Assembly: GCA_976226885.1 (NCBI GenBank) | Contig: OZ320313.1 | Span: 58,280,001-58,344,000 of the forward strand | Length of the DNA: 64,000 nt | Direction of reading: 5' to 3' | From: Iphione sp. A-MEVVRFRX5 | Taxonomy: Eukaryota | Shown: positions 50,671 to 63,800 of the stretch, piece after piece | Numbering within the stretch: the first letter of the stretch is position 1 | Layout of the letters: the number at the start of each line of letters is the position of its first letter | The notes under the pieces: model-generated | What the model was told of the DNA's origin: nothing | Seen by the model: only the letters and a program-made list of their open reading frames with translations | Databases searched by the model: none | Program-made: the position numbers and the translations under genes

Positions 50671-53553
50671 TCCCTTTATGGCGATCTGCACCAAACTGAA
50701 AGCACTGAAGTACATGTAGCTCCGTCAGCGCTGTAGGTTGTAATTAGTGTGACCAGTTGTCCCCCCAGCTCCACCGCTATGGAGACGTCTGTGGTGGTAG
50801 CAGTCTTTCCACATAGCTTTCGAAGGCTATTTACCAGCCCTGATAAAGGACATCAAAGCTTTACGCCCCATCCTTTCCGGAAGAAAACCAATGCCAACTT
50901 GTACTTACACTCCGGTACCAAGGGAAGACGCTTGAGAGATTTCCTTCCCATGGAAAGGGGTTGTTTCTTTATATTGATTTCCCCGGACATGGCGCTATGT
51001 GGATGGCCCAAGAGAAGCCAAATAAGAGAGTTCGGTAGCCGCGCCCGTTCAGCCGTAGCCTTGCCATGGCTTCGCCCTTGGCTTCCTTGAGATGGGAGAT
51101 GACTTGGAGGTTGACTGAAGGCAGCCCTCTCCAGACGACGGGCCGTCGACCTCACTCAGCCCGAAGGCTTCCTAGCAAGCCGAACAGACCTTTGATGGAT
51201 CACTTATATAAGGCCTGGCGACTCAAAGGCAGAGGCGCTGGTAGGAAGGGAGGGTTTTCTATAGCCCCCACTCTACTTCCTTCTGTATTGTGACTTAGAT
51301 AGTGTAGGACATGGACCCATCCGTGTATAGAATGACATACTGTTTGCCTTTGATGGTCGGATGTACAAATACTATGTGAACAGCTTATTTGCAAGAGTAA
51401 CTCCCGGTAATTTGATTATTCTTTTCACTCGATAAGATGTATATATTTTTAAAGACAGTGTTTTTCTCATCTGTACCATTACGTAGTGAAACCTATGAAT
51501 CATTGCTGATATCCTAAAGTTCCTTTCTTTCCTGTGTGTTGCGTGGTAAGGACACCATTGTCTATGGACGCTGGGGTGTTACGGGGTGATTATTTCACAA
51601 CGTCGTTTAGTGGTCCGCAATGCGGATTATCCTTGATCCGTTTGTACCCCCCTTCAGCATTAGTGAGCAGAAATAGAGCAGTTTTCGTCCGCTTTAGTGA
51701 TGCTAAACCGATGTGCAGTGGATTACCCCACACTGACTAATTGCTATATGCGGCGTGATGGGTTTTCGGTGGGAACTGTTGGGGCATATGCTCCGCTTGG
51801 CTCGACGGATTCCAGTACGTACAGCATCAGCAATACAGTCCTAAGTTTGATAGTCGTCTTTCCCTCTTTTATAAAGGCAGTTTATCATCAGAATAAAAAT
51901 TAAACAAGTATTGGCACAATGTGTACGCACAGATGCAATATTTGAATAGAAATACTGACGAAATATATTTCTGTCTTCCTTGGAAGGTAATTGAATAAAC
52001 AGCAGAATTATTTGCCAATTAATTTAGGTTGTGCGCCGTTTGGCATGGATAGCACTCAATATCGAGGTAAAGATGCCCATCATAGGCCTTGCTCATTCTG
52101 GTGGCGCCCTGATGATAGAGGAAATATATCACGCCATTTTATTTCTAGAGTCATACATTCTACCGGTGATGACCAGTGCTGTAGGGAAATAAGTCTTCTT
52201 TATGCCACAATATTTTGTTGATTGTCTGGATTAAACTGAGCCTCACAGGAAAACTTAAATAAACAGTGTATTGGTTTTCACAACTTTTAACCGCTGTATC
52301 ATTTCCCAGGCTTCGTGGCAGGCATATAAATGGCTGATTTTCTATTATGGACAAACTTTGGGAAATGTTTTCTGTAGATTGAGCTCACCAAGCTTCGTGG
52401 AAAGTATATATATATATACATATTGCTATATACTATTAGAAAACGGCGCCTATCATGATTCAAGACTATTTTTCCCAGCATACAACTAAGCCGTGAGCTG
52501 GGGAATTGCTCAGTTGTAGCAAACCCAGTTATAAATTCCGCGCGCCTAATTGAATTGCTTGGGCATCATTGATCTTTTTAAGTAGCACTGATACATCATC
52601 ATTTGCAATGAGGACAGGCCCTAAACGTCGGGCTTCGCTAGAGTAGCCTCTCTGCTTAGATTCACACCCGTGAGCAGAATCTCGTCCGGGAGGTAGGTAT
52701 TGTGTCTGTGTTTTTTTGGTTTGATCTTTTCGAGGGCGAGATATTCAGGATAGCCAGCACGTGATGCTTTAGCTTTGCTACCCCGTACGCAGAAGGCGAC
52801 TGTTGTCCGGAACATGATACTAGTAGTGAATAATCTTCCATTAGCACAGCACAGTAAGAGATGTAAGTTGATGATGAGTTTGTCTCGGCAGCTTAATGGA
52901 ATAACGCCCAACCAGCTAAGGCAAGATAAAGGGAGTATCGGCCCAGGAAACGAGGCCGGCGGGCATCAGTTGCCAGCTTTACCATTTTTGCCGTCGAATA
53001 AGTCGAAGGATCAGCCTGAAATTCCTAAGGGTGACTGTAGTCAGTTCTGAAGGGACAGCTTGTACTTTATGTGGCAGTGTTTTAACTGATTACACTTTGG
53101 ATTGAGGGAAAAATCTCACAAGCGTCTTCATCTCCTAACCTTTGTGTAAGTTCTACGTGACTTGTTTGCTGCTGTGGTTACGGCGGGTAACCCAAACTAA
53201 CCATAGTTGGTGAATGTTTTCAACCGTCAGCCATTTTTATTGTGCACCGATGTACCCAGTAAAATGGGGCAGCTTATACACGAAGCATTATATCCCAGTA
53301 AGAGTAAAATCATTTTCTAACGTTTGGCCCTAGAATGCAGAAGAGATGATCTCCTGGAGTGCAGGAATTCAGGCAGTCCTCGTCAGCCAACCCCTTCTCC
53401 CCCCAAAAAAAAACCATTCTTTCATCTTATTGCCTGTATTCAGCAGAATCATTTTTATATTGTCTACAGTTGAATGCCTTAAACAATGGGATTCTGTTGT
53501 GAACCTGCTGTGAACTAAAATTAATTTTTTACACAAAAAAACGTATGTGGGTG

Positions 53554-53637
53554 GGGGACTTAGCTTAGTTGGTAAGGGTGCTGCCTAGCACCGGTTCACT
53601 GATTGAGAGGTCACAAGTTCAATCCTGGGCCTGGGAC
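53554..53637 (+). other. tRNA-derived fragment (SINE head or tRNA pseudogene)
   Basis: GGGGACT-TAGCTTAGTTGGTA (A-box-like) and AGTTCAATCC (B-box-like) at tRNA-like spacing, followed by a T run. The acceptor stem does not pair well, so it is not called a functional tRNA. Confidence 0.6.
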
Positions 53638-54452
53638 TTTTTTAAATGAATGTACTGCATCACCGACCCAAAATAGTTCAAAACTTGTAGCAAAGGCCAG
53701 GGGTGTAAAGGATTTTGTCCCACATGTACAAAAAGACCCCAGAAGGCTATTTGAAATAAGAGTACAAAGGAACCCTGGGTATTTTGGTCTCTCAATTCTC
53801 AATAATAGACAACGCTATGCTACCCCAGGTAGATATGGAAGAAAAGATAAAAGGATTGCTGAATATGTAGTTCCTGGTTAAAGATACAATGTGATATATA
53901 GTAAGCCATTTATTCATTGGGTTTACATAGAAACAAATGTAACGCTATGCCATGTTTATAGAGTTCACGAATTTGAGAGTTTACGAATGGCATGTTCCTT
54001 GCAGTATTTTCACCCCTGGCATATATGTCCGTTGTTGGTGATCCGGGTTTCATGATTTCATTACCGGACGGTTTTTATCATATGTGTACCACGGCGGTCC
54101 TCATTCTAGTCCGCGGTGCAATAGAATTGGCAGCAAAATTCATAGAATACCTGTCGCAAGCCTACACCTTTTGGTGATGATTTAAATTTATTGACATTGG
54201 AATTTCTATCGTCGAGATAACAGGTGAAGGCCGTCCCAGAGTCTGGCTTCACCTCTGTCAGACGCACCGCCGCCTTGTGGAAAACAGAGACATCTAATCA
54301 CCGTAAGATGCTGTCGACATCTCTCCCTCTCCCGCTCATTCCTCTAACCGGACCAACACTGGCGAGTCCATTAATAGTCTCTTCACGCACGTGCTGTCAG
54401 AGTTTTTTTTTCGGTATCTCAGAGAGGGGGCACCAGTTAACCTGATAGGTAT

Positions 54453-54472
54453 CTACCACTAGGGGGCGCATT
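54453..54472 (+). promoter_or_regulatory. CTCF-like binding site
   Basis: CCACTAGGGGGCGC at 54456-54469 matches the CTCF core CCASYAGRKGGCRS. A weaker CAGAGAGGGGGCAC lies about 35 bp upstream. Confidence 0.65.
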
Positions 54473-57400
54473 AGTGTGTTTGGCTAGTGGTGTGACAGCC
54501 GAGCTTTTCTCCACCCCTCATCTGTCAGCGTCATTTACTCGTTCACGGGAGTCGTGGTAGGTAACTGATCACGAGAATCTTGGGATAAGGCGAAGCTTGC
54601 CGTAGCCAGGGACGTCAGACGCAGTCTGAGAAGACAAGCTTATTCATTCATCATTCATGTCACCCCCATGAAATCTGATGGAAACACTTCCAACATTTCC
54701 AACGGTTCTTATGGACGTGGCCAATCATGGAGTTGATGTGGACCGGCCCTGGTTAGCTGGAAATCGTTTTACTTCGCCACATTAGTTGTTTTAGTCGACG
54801 CATATGGCGCTCTAATGAATAGTACCGTAGCACATGTGATTCTTCGGAGAAGTCCATCACAAAACTTATATTTCTTTCCCATTTTTTTTCCGATTCGTTG
54901 GACCGTAGCCAAGATCTACGGCTTTCCATTACTGTGTGACCCCTTGGAGCCGCATGGCTATAAATTACCCGAATGGTGTCATATGGTCAGCATCACCAAG
55001 TCAAATGGTTAGATTCGTATTTCCATCCCTTAATGACTGAAACAACAAGATCTACCCCGGAGGAAAATAATGATAAAGGAGCGAGATAGACAGACATATA
55101 TACAGGCAAAGACATGGTAAATTCTCAGATATGCAAATGGATAGAGGTGTGGCATTTTGTTCAGACTACCAGAATTAATATTTTCTCCTAATTAATTAAA
55201 TATAGATGTATCAGATAGAGTTGCAACTCAGAATTGAGATCAACAACGGAACTCGCCAAATTTGCCCGTAAGTGTGATTTGTTTTCACCCCTGAGTTGGT
55301 TATACATGTACAATAGAAAATAAAGTATCGTGACCCACCAAACGTATGCTTAATTATAGGTTGCCCTTCTGGTCGAATGACAAATAAGGTAGCTTTCTAC
55401 TGTGTTTGGTGTGTGTATGTGGTTAGGACGCTATATTACTACCCATAATACATGTATTTTATATAGAGACACGAATTCCCTATAAGTACATTTCCTTCCC
55501 ATTCCCCAATAAGAGCATCTCAAAATTCAAAACAAAAATTTATTATGGAACCGTTTCAGGGTTACTGTGGTGAGGCAAATGGTCTTATTACCAGAACTAG
55601 TGTTTGGGGGCCCTCCATATACAGTTATCTTATAAACAGAGTTACGTCGTTACCGGGTTCCTGCCGATTTTAGCGTTCGCGAGGAAAGGCTTTTACCGAC
55701 AGCGGTGCAAGCGGGGAAGGTGCCATAGCTGTTTCCCGGTACTTCATCAGAAAGGCGGCGATGGCAAAATACCTGCAAATGGCGTCTTATTTGGTTTGGA
55801 AAGGGGACGGCGACAAACATTTGCTATGACGGCAGCAAAATGTGCGCTCGACTCGCTCGAGCTGAGATACCGCCTGTTGTTTCCATGGCGACGGGTAGTC
55901 AACAGAGCCATCAACGCAAAAGTGGTTGGTTGTTGGCCAGGACTCTCCCACCCAATCGTGTGGAGGAAGCGGGCATTTGTGCAGTGGCCATCAGCACTGC
56001 TTGAGGTGCACAGAAAAACCAAGCGAGTTGGACCCTTTGTCCCATGCTAACTGTCACCATGCTCTGGACGTTTGCCACATGATACATTGGGTGTCACGCC
56101 ATATCCCTATGAGGCATTTATGATGTAGCGCATCGCCTTTGTCAATGCCTATGTCGCATTTAGCCCAAATGGTTCTCTACAGATAGAGTTGATGACCTAT
56201 AGAGAATCAAGCTGACAGAATTATTAAGTTTATAGTGCTTCCAATCATTAATGGGCAATAGTCTGCATGTCTTTATATCTGAATAACAACTGCCTTCATT
56301 TCCTTCAACATAGCAGACAAAGGATAGAGGAGGCATAGTTATTGTTTTCACTACAGTTTCTCTTGAAGAATGATATTGGAACATAGGAAAATCATTTCAG
56401 CGCACGTGACTACAATACAATATACAAGTTGGTATATTAGGATGTAAATGGTACTCGTGAGTTGAATGTTGTATAAACATAAAATGTTTTTGCTGTCTGT
56501 ATATTATAAACCCATGGACTTTATTACGGACATTATATGACTGATAATGCTACCAATTATCAGCACACAGCAGTCCAATATCTTAAATTGTACTGTTGTA
56601 TTACAACATGACAGACAAGAGATTCTTGTTTAGGGAATTATGCATAGTTAGTGTTTCACCGCTCTACCTCTGAAGTATGGTCTCAACACACAAGTTAATC
56701 TTTTTGCACTGCACAGAGATCTAGGACAGTGTTGGTGTAGATGATACTGCGGGTTATAAACCTTAGAAGTAATTTAAAATACATGTAGTATCTACATCTT
56801 GGCATGCATGTAAATGTATAACTTTGCTTTCAATCAATATTATATTTGTCATAGGTAGTACATATTTAGATTGGCCAGGTGCTATTTCCCCCGGAAGATA
56901 GTGTTCACTAATGGTACTTCCTTTTCAAATGCTGAAAAATAATCCTTGACGTAGTGTCTCCTAGAATCGGATTTGGTCAGCCATTCAATATCAACTGTCG
57001 ACTGGAATGTCTGTACCAGTAGGTGTGAATGTGACTCACACTATGCCCAAGGGAGAGTCATCCTGTTATACATGCACCACTATTGATATACCTCCAGCAG
57101 TCAATCTGAAGTGTCCGCCATTTAACAAACTTCCAGTACAACAATATGCTGGTTGTGCTGTCTGAGGTCCAGTTTTCCCCTTCCAAGTACGTGTACATGT
57201 ATTGCTTCATCACTTCCGTCTACGGATAATAGTGCTTTTATTCAGACTTGGGGTTTCTTCATGACCAAACACACGCAGACAGTTGCTAATGAGTTTGATC
57301 TGAAAGAGCAAGTTGCTGCATTCAAACGTGAAAAGGAAAGAATTATTCTAGTGATTAATGGCTACAGGGACACACCACAATTGCTTTGGGAGTTACATTG

Positions 57401-59429
57401 TACATGTATATGCGTGTCATATGATGTGACAAAAGAAAGCCAACATATTGAGTTGCTCTTATTTAATGTAACTATGTGTGTTTTCTATTTGACATCGAAA
57501 AACAAGTAATTTACCCGACCCAGATAGTCCTCATATTCTTTGTCAGGGAGACACCCTTTCAAATAACATATTGGTTAGGAATAAGACGATCTTCTTTATT
57601 GCGCCATGCATGCTTCTACACGTACGTCTGTCAGTGTGTCAGTCTGTCATTTATTTTCGTGAAGATATTGTATGAACACAATACCATTGGCAGATATGAG
57701 GCCTAAGATGGATACACATTCCCTGACAGTGAAAGTAGCGATGAAATGGAAAATCATGTCAAAAACGGCTGGTAGTCGCAGTGCTCGGTACTGACATGTT
57801 GTTGGTGAGATGAAGGTCTAAGGTTTTAAAGGAGGTTGGTGCCAACGCTGGAAACATTCAAACTGTCCCAAAGAGAACCATTATTGAGCTGCTTGGAGGA
57901 TTTGATGACTCTGGCGGGACAATAAATACACAGGACATGGTAGCTTGAATCTATCTTATCAGCGCCCGGCCACCAGGCAGTGTCGCAGACAATAAGGCCC
58001 ATACGGGCTTGCCGACGGAGGCTAGGCATTTAAGAGCGCTAGTTAATTTCCTGCATTAACTCCGGCCACTGTGGAAAGCATTGCGTATTGAAGCTGCGGT
58101 CGTCTGCTTAAATGTAAGAAGCCAGGGGCAGTATGTAGGAAGTTTATCCTTATTCAAGGAAGACAGGTGGAGCTTTGGATGCACCAACATAATTATGTGC
58201 AATGACATTAATGTTGGTGTAGGCAGATAGCATTAACGTGAACTAAAACAGACTTTTCTTACTCTTATTTGATGAACTTATTGTTAGACTGACAATGCAC
58301 CAGAGGGAGTACGCCTGTAGTTTAACATATAGTCTAAATGCGACGTAGGCAGACTTCATACATTTAGTTCCGTTTAAAGTCTCAGCATTGTCGAACGGCA
58401 CGTAAGATTGATTAAAGAGGACCAAATTATCACTTTCATTACAGACCGCGACATTGTTTGTCCTAAAGCGATTGAATGATGAGTTACAACTTAAATCAAC
58501 AGAGGCTTGCACTTGCAATGAAACAATCAACTTTATAGATCCTATCCGTTGCTGTGACTTCAAGATTTCTTGGTCCTTTCATCCGAATCAAACAACCTCT
58601 CCCTCAGATGATTACTCGGATGCTACAGCCTTAAATCTTCCCCATACAGTTGTCACTAGACTAGGGGTAAACTCCTTCATGCATATCATTCATTCAACTG
58701 ATCATTCAGCAGATCACACGCCCGTGTAATCTCCGTCATACGTGATGCATAATGCAAACGCAACAAAGGGAGTACATATACAATAAGGACTGTCAGATAC
58801 TTCACATTTATAGGGAAGATCGTTCGAGATGTGCGGAAATATGTTCTGTCTGGGGCATTTCTTGATAAAACAAGCAAAGGTTAGATGGTTTCCCATTTGA
58901 ATTATTTGAATAGTGTCTCACTTCTGCTTGCTGAATTAGGTAGAGGCAAACACCTTGGCAAAGGCTTCGATCTTGACTTATTACTGAAATCAAAGGTTGC
59001 CAATATTACAAAGCCCGTTAAACTCTATGGAATATGTCACACAGTCAGTATTGAACGGTAGCGTTGCATAATAGGCTCGGTCTCGGTCAAATAGTGTACA
59101 TGGAACTTGCTTAAAAACATACTACATGTACATGGTAGAGGTGGATATTGTGAGTGGATTGAAAGGTTTACAATATTGCTTTCACCAGGGGATGGTACGT
59201 AACATTGCATTAAAATGTCATAACGACGTTTTTAACATCTCCTAAGGCTTGCTTGCCAGGATTTAAATTGGTCAACACCAGTGGGCGGCGTACGATAGCT
59301 CCGGGCCATCAGATCTGCTGGCATAACACAACAGCGCCTTTACAATAGAGAGCAGTTACTCCGAGGAGACTGTCGCCCCTCAAGTACTGCCTTGAGTAGC
59401 GTGACTACGGGATCATACGGGCGTTGCTG

Positions 59430-59730
59430 TCATTAAGCTGAAAGCTTCATCTGCTCGTATACACGAAGGGCAAGGGTATTGCCATTGGCTAAGCTCATTG
59501 GCCACTGCATCGAGGAGGCGGTGCCGCCCTGCGTTTTGCTCCTTGGGTTGTTAATACAGAGAGGGGCCGAACGACCCTCCAGAACACCGCCTTCTGGCCC
59601 CTCCTCCTCTGCTCCTCGTTGTCGTAGGCGATCACCGCGCCCTCTCTCGTTAGGTCCACCGATCAGAGCTGCAGGCTTGGTCTTGTTTTTCTTTCTTACA
59701 ATTTGAGCAAGTAGGTCTGTCAAGAGCGAG
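59430..59730 (+). promoter_or_regulatory. Promoter-like GC/CpG-rich region of gene 3
   Basis: Local GC enrichment, two closely spaced inverted CCAAT boxes (ATTGG near 59485 and 59497), and position just upstream of an exon with strong donors. Confidence 0.5.
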
Positions 59731-59829
59731 TATGTGTGTCGGAGGTGGTGGCGGCAGCAGCGGCTGCGACTGTTTGTGTGCCAGTGCTACTACAACATGG
59801 GACGCTTGTGTACGTGTGTGTGATTGTCG
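59724..59829 (+). other. Probable first (5' leader) exon of gene 3
   Basis: Ends at donor GTATGT (59830), with a second donor GTGAGT at 59845; acceptor tcttcgttttgactccAG at 60191-60192. The 5' boundary is approximate. Confidence 0.5.
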
Positions 59830-60631
59830 GTATGTGAGCGATTGGTGAGTGACGCTCTGTAATGATCATGTCTGACTTCCTCACGCTTGGTGTAAATTGT
59901 CTATGTGGGACTGCCGCGGGTGCCCTAGTAGGCAGAGTAGTAGCCGGTCTGAGTGGCAGTGGGTGGCTCTGTAGAAGCGACTCTATTAGTTTTCAGCCCA
60001 TTTGGGAATAGTGGTACATCACACAGACTACCAAGGGAGAGTGGGGGTCGGAAATAGGGTCGACCTACAGACGAGTAGGCAGTCATATATAGTTCTTGAA
60101 TTTCGTCAACGTAGACAGATCGTGAGGACGTTGTCTAATACTTCTTACCAAGCATTTGCAGTGCAATAATAACATCTTCGTTTTGACTCCAGGGACTACT
60201 CCGCCTTGGGAACGTCCAAGATCTACTACTGGCAGACTCTCTTTACACTAATAAGGATAATTCTACACTTATCTGGTGCCAATACGGATTATATCATTTC
60301 AACGGACCAACCTTGTCCAGCATTTGTTACTCAGCGTATATGTTGGACTGACGCTGGCAGGAACGCGTTGCCCTGGAGCCCTTTCCCCGACGTGCCCCTG
60401 TCCTTGGGCCCATACCAAGTCTACTTCTGCTGTAGCCTGACTCTTTCCAGCATCTTTATGGTCTTTCCCCGTGTTTTGCTGATGTTCAAGGGAAGTCCAT
60501 TTCACACAGCCAGAACCTCTGGCCATTCTCTGTAAAAATCATTCAATGCCATTACAGGATTAGACAAGGAATCACTCTATTACTCTTTCCTCTTTTCCCA
60601 TGCCCATGTTGTGTGAATAACTGTCGACGTT

Positions 60632-60824
60632 ATGGAGCGACAGACGAGGGTCTGCTCCTGTCTCAAGCTGCTCGCGCCCATCATGTGCTTGCTACTGTGT
60701 TCATTGTGCGTCGAGAGATCTGACTCTGCTCGTTACTTTAACTCCACAGCCTGCGATGCTCCCTGTCGGAACGGTACCTTCGAGCTGATGCCCTGCTCAG
60801 ACACGCACCCGAAGCTATGCAAAG
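60632..60824 (+). CDS. Gene 3 first coding exon: signal peptide plus TNFR-like cysteine-rich module (CDAPCRNGTFELMPCSDTHPKLCK)
   Basis: ATG at 60632 and hydrophobic LLAPIMCLLLCSLCV. The C-x3-C-x2-G-x-F-x4-C-x7-C spacing resembles TNFR repeats. Donor AG|GTAAGA at 60825, phase 1. Confidence 0.8.
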
Positions 60825-63800
60825 GTAAGAGATGTTCTGCTAACTCGCTTGACTTGCAATATCCTTTATGTCTGTGTCTTTCGTCTTTTCTCACGAATAG
60901 GCATTGTAACACGATCACGCCTGTTCGTGCCTTTGTCTGCTGTGGTGGCGTACAAAAATCCCTGAAAGGCTGTTGTTACCAAATGATATAGAATAAAGTT
61001 TTGGTATCAAGAGTATTATAGACAGCAAACCCTGCCATTAATAAAATAAAATTATTAGTCCAAACAGTATGAACAGACGGATGTCGACGCTTATATACAG
61101 TACGACCTTTTATAAACTACTTTATTTTTCATCGGGCATATTAATCATGTGGATGATAGCTACATGTGATGAACATACATATATCGATTCAACACACGAC
61201 GAAAGATACGTGTGCATTCATGTGATTATTTCCTTCCACTTGGATTGACGCCAATGAGTTTTAGTAATGAATCTGCGTCGGAGGACATTAAGTCAGAAGG
61301 TAATGCTTGATAAATGTATTTAATGCCTAACTCTATATGAATTAATATAACAGCTCAACGGGAATCCCTCCACACTCAAACCAATTCACTTATGTGATCC
61401 TGATCTTGAGTGTCACTGCCTAGCGTTGTGTTTATATTTCACAAGAAAGTTTGAATGGAACTACTTCACTGGATGCTTTCGCTGCTTTGTCTTCTAGCTA
61501 ATCAATCTTTTTAAGTCAGTTAGGACAACGGTATAAGGCACACCGCTGAAGATTCTTCATATCCCTAGGGTGATCCTACCCGAGGAATTTTTGCTTGCTG
61601 CAAAGGATTAAGACGAAATCAACGGCTGAGCATTTCCCAGAGAGAAGAGTGGTACTTTCAGACTTCCCACTTCGATCTGAATTACATCGATCATGTACTC
61701 AGTGGTGAATGTTTTATATTTCATGTTGTGGGTTCAAACGTATGTGTTCTTATGTTCTGTATGAGGACGTGCCAGTTTATAGGTAATTGTGGCCGTTTCA
61801 TCAAGAACATATTTGTGGCTCCGAACATGGTTTCACGATTGCGCTTCTAATGGACACAGATGTTGCGCTGGTGTCTTGTTACATTTAGATGGTAATACTG
61901 GTAGGATTTCGTGCAAAAAATTGTTTCTCCGTAAGCAGTAAAGTCTGACACTACTTTAACAAGTACTTTTTGGAATGGGATGACAGAGTCACGGATAGAT
62001 ATACATGCCAATTTTAGAGCTTGCGAGGCCTTTCCACGAAGATATACAAGCCGGCTTATATAATCTTATCCCTGGTATGATTATACTCTGTTGGATCGAT
62101 GTATAGGCCAAAGCAGAAGCGGACAGCGGATGCAAGTATACTATAATTTAGTAGATATATTCACCTATAAACGTCATATTGAGCTAAACTGAATAAAATA
62201 ATTAATAACGAGATTCAGTTTACATATATCTGAAAGTAAGGGGATAAATCATATTCATCAAATTCTGGCCTCTGAAAATCATAATGTACCTTACAGAATA
62301 CTGATGGTCCAATTTCTCTCCTATACAATGAAAATTTATTCCATCCCTTGAATGAGATTCGCTTTTAGATATTATACTAAAGTGGGACGGAGGTGAAATA
62401 TGACTTCTCGCGAGGCAGTAGTAAAGCAACTTCCGCACAGTACCGCTCCTTTCCTCTTCCATCTACATTCCAGTAGTTTTGAGTCCACAGGTCCTCATTA
62501 AAGCCAAAATATCATCTCTATGTGTAGTACCTCGCCCCCGTCCTCCCATCTTTGTTTTTTTTTTAAGAAGGTGGTTCATCTTATCAGAACAGCAGCCTTC
62601 ACACATCTCGTTTCGTCGTTTCATAGTGACAGGTTCATTTGGGACAAAATTCGTTGGTGATATTATCACAATTTTAAACCGACTGTGTGTGATGCCTAGG
62701 TGACGTTTGTCAGCGGCAATAGACACTTAATTTTCTCTGCGCTCAAAACTCTACCATGGGCTGCAGTTGAACTTTGTCAGTTGTGGAGACATGAACACGT
62801 TATGTTCACGGTCCAATAATCGAAAAAGACCATAGAGGGTTAAATACCTTCGATCCTCATGCCCTCCGGCTATTGGAGATCACATCCAACCGGGCCAGTG
62901 TGATATGCCTTATCGGTAGCTCAAGGTAGCTGGACACAGGGTATCAACGACAAGCAGGGACTGGCCACACTAATGCTATTGATGGTGGTTCTCCTGTTTA
63001 ATACAAAACTAAACAACAAGACGGTGATGACTGATGAAAGTGGACTTGGGTTCGTTCGCAGATATTTAGCTGTATTGTGTGAATGTTTCTGACACGTTTC
63101 AGTGTTACATGTATGAGGTTTGTGTCCCGTATTCAAATACAATTGTAAGATGTATGAGGGAGAAAATCAAACGTTTGACTAAGTCGTACAGTTACAGTGT
63201 TCGATAGTCCTTGCCTTAAAGGATAAATCCTATAGTCCTGTATGTAGTTCGGTCCGAGCAGGTTGAGCTGCTCCCTGTTCGGGTATCACAAAATACGTGA
63301 TACAATCTGAGGAAATACAGTATCTGATAATAGGATATCTACTATCTGTATGCACGTAATCTGATGACATGTAATCGTAACAGTCCAGACCGGATAGCAT
63401 TAGCTGACATGCCCTCCAAAAGGTTAATGGACTTACTCCAACACTTTTTCACCCTAATGTGTTTGCATTCCTTGGGGGGAACTGCATAGTCTGGAATACG
63501 AGTTCGTGTTCTCAACAAGGTCTGACCTCATCCGGAGAATTAAGTACGTTTCATTGCTTCCATAAATAAGTAGTCACCCTTCTTCTGCGACACGCAGTGA
63601 AGTACATGTACATATAGACGGTACCGTGGAACACATATGGGACCCCCTGTCGCATTAGAAGCGGATCATCTCTGTTGCATTGCAGTTTTCAGCTTATGGG
63701 ACCATAACGTTGATACAGAATAAAAAAAAAAGAAGGATGCCAAGTCTAGAGTTATGGGCAGTAGCCGAGTTTTGTCATGTTTCATTGTTCTAGTTATCGA

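Noticed and set aside
55879-55892. RFX X-box-like GTTTCCATGGCGAC
   Set aside because: Imperfect half-site, far from any supported transcription start.
57010-57050. CTSRCECDSHY as a further EGF exon of gene 2
   Set aside because: The Cys pattern is incomplete and there are no compatible phase-1 splice sites.
60825-60991. C-terminal half of the 119-aa ORF at 60632
   Set aside because: Read-through into the intron past a strong AG|GTAAGA donor.
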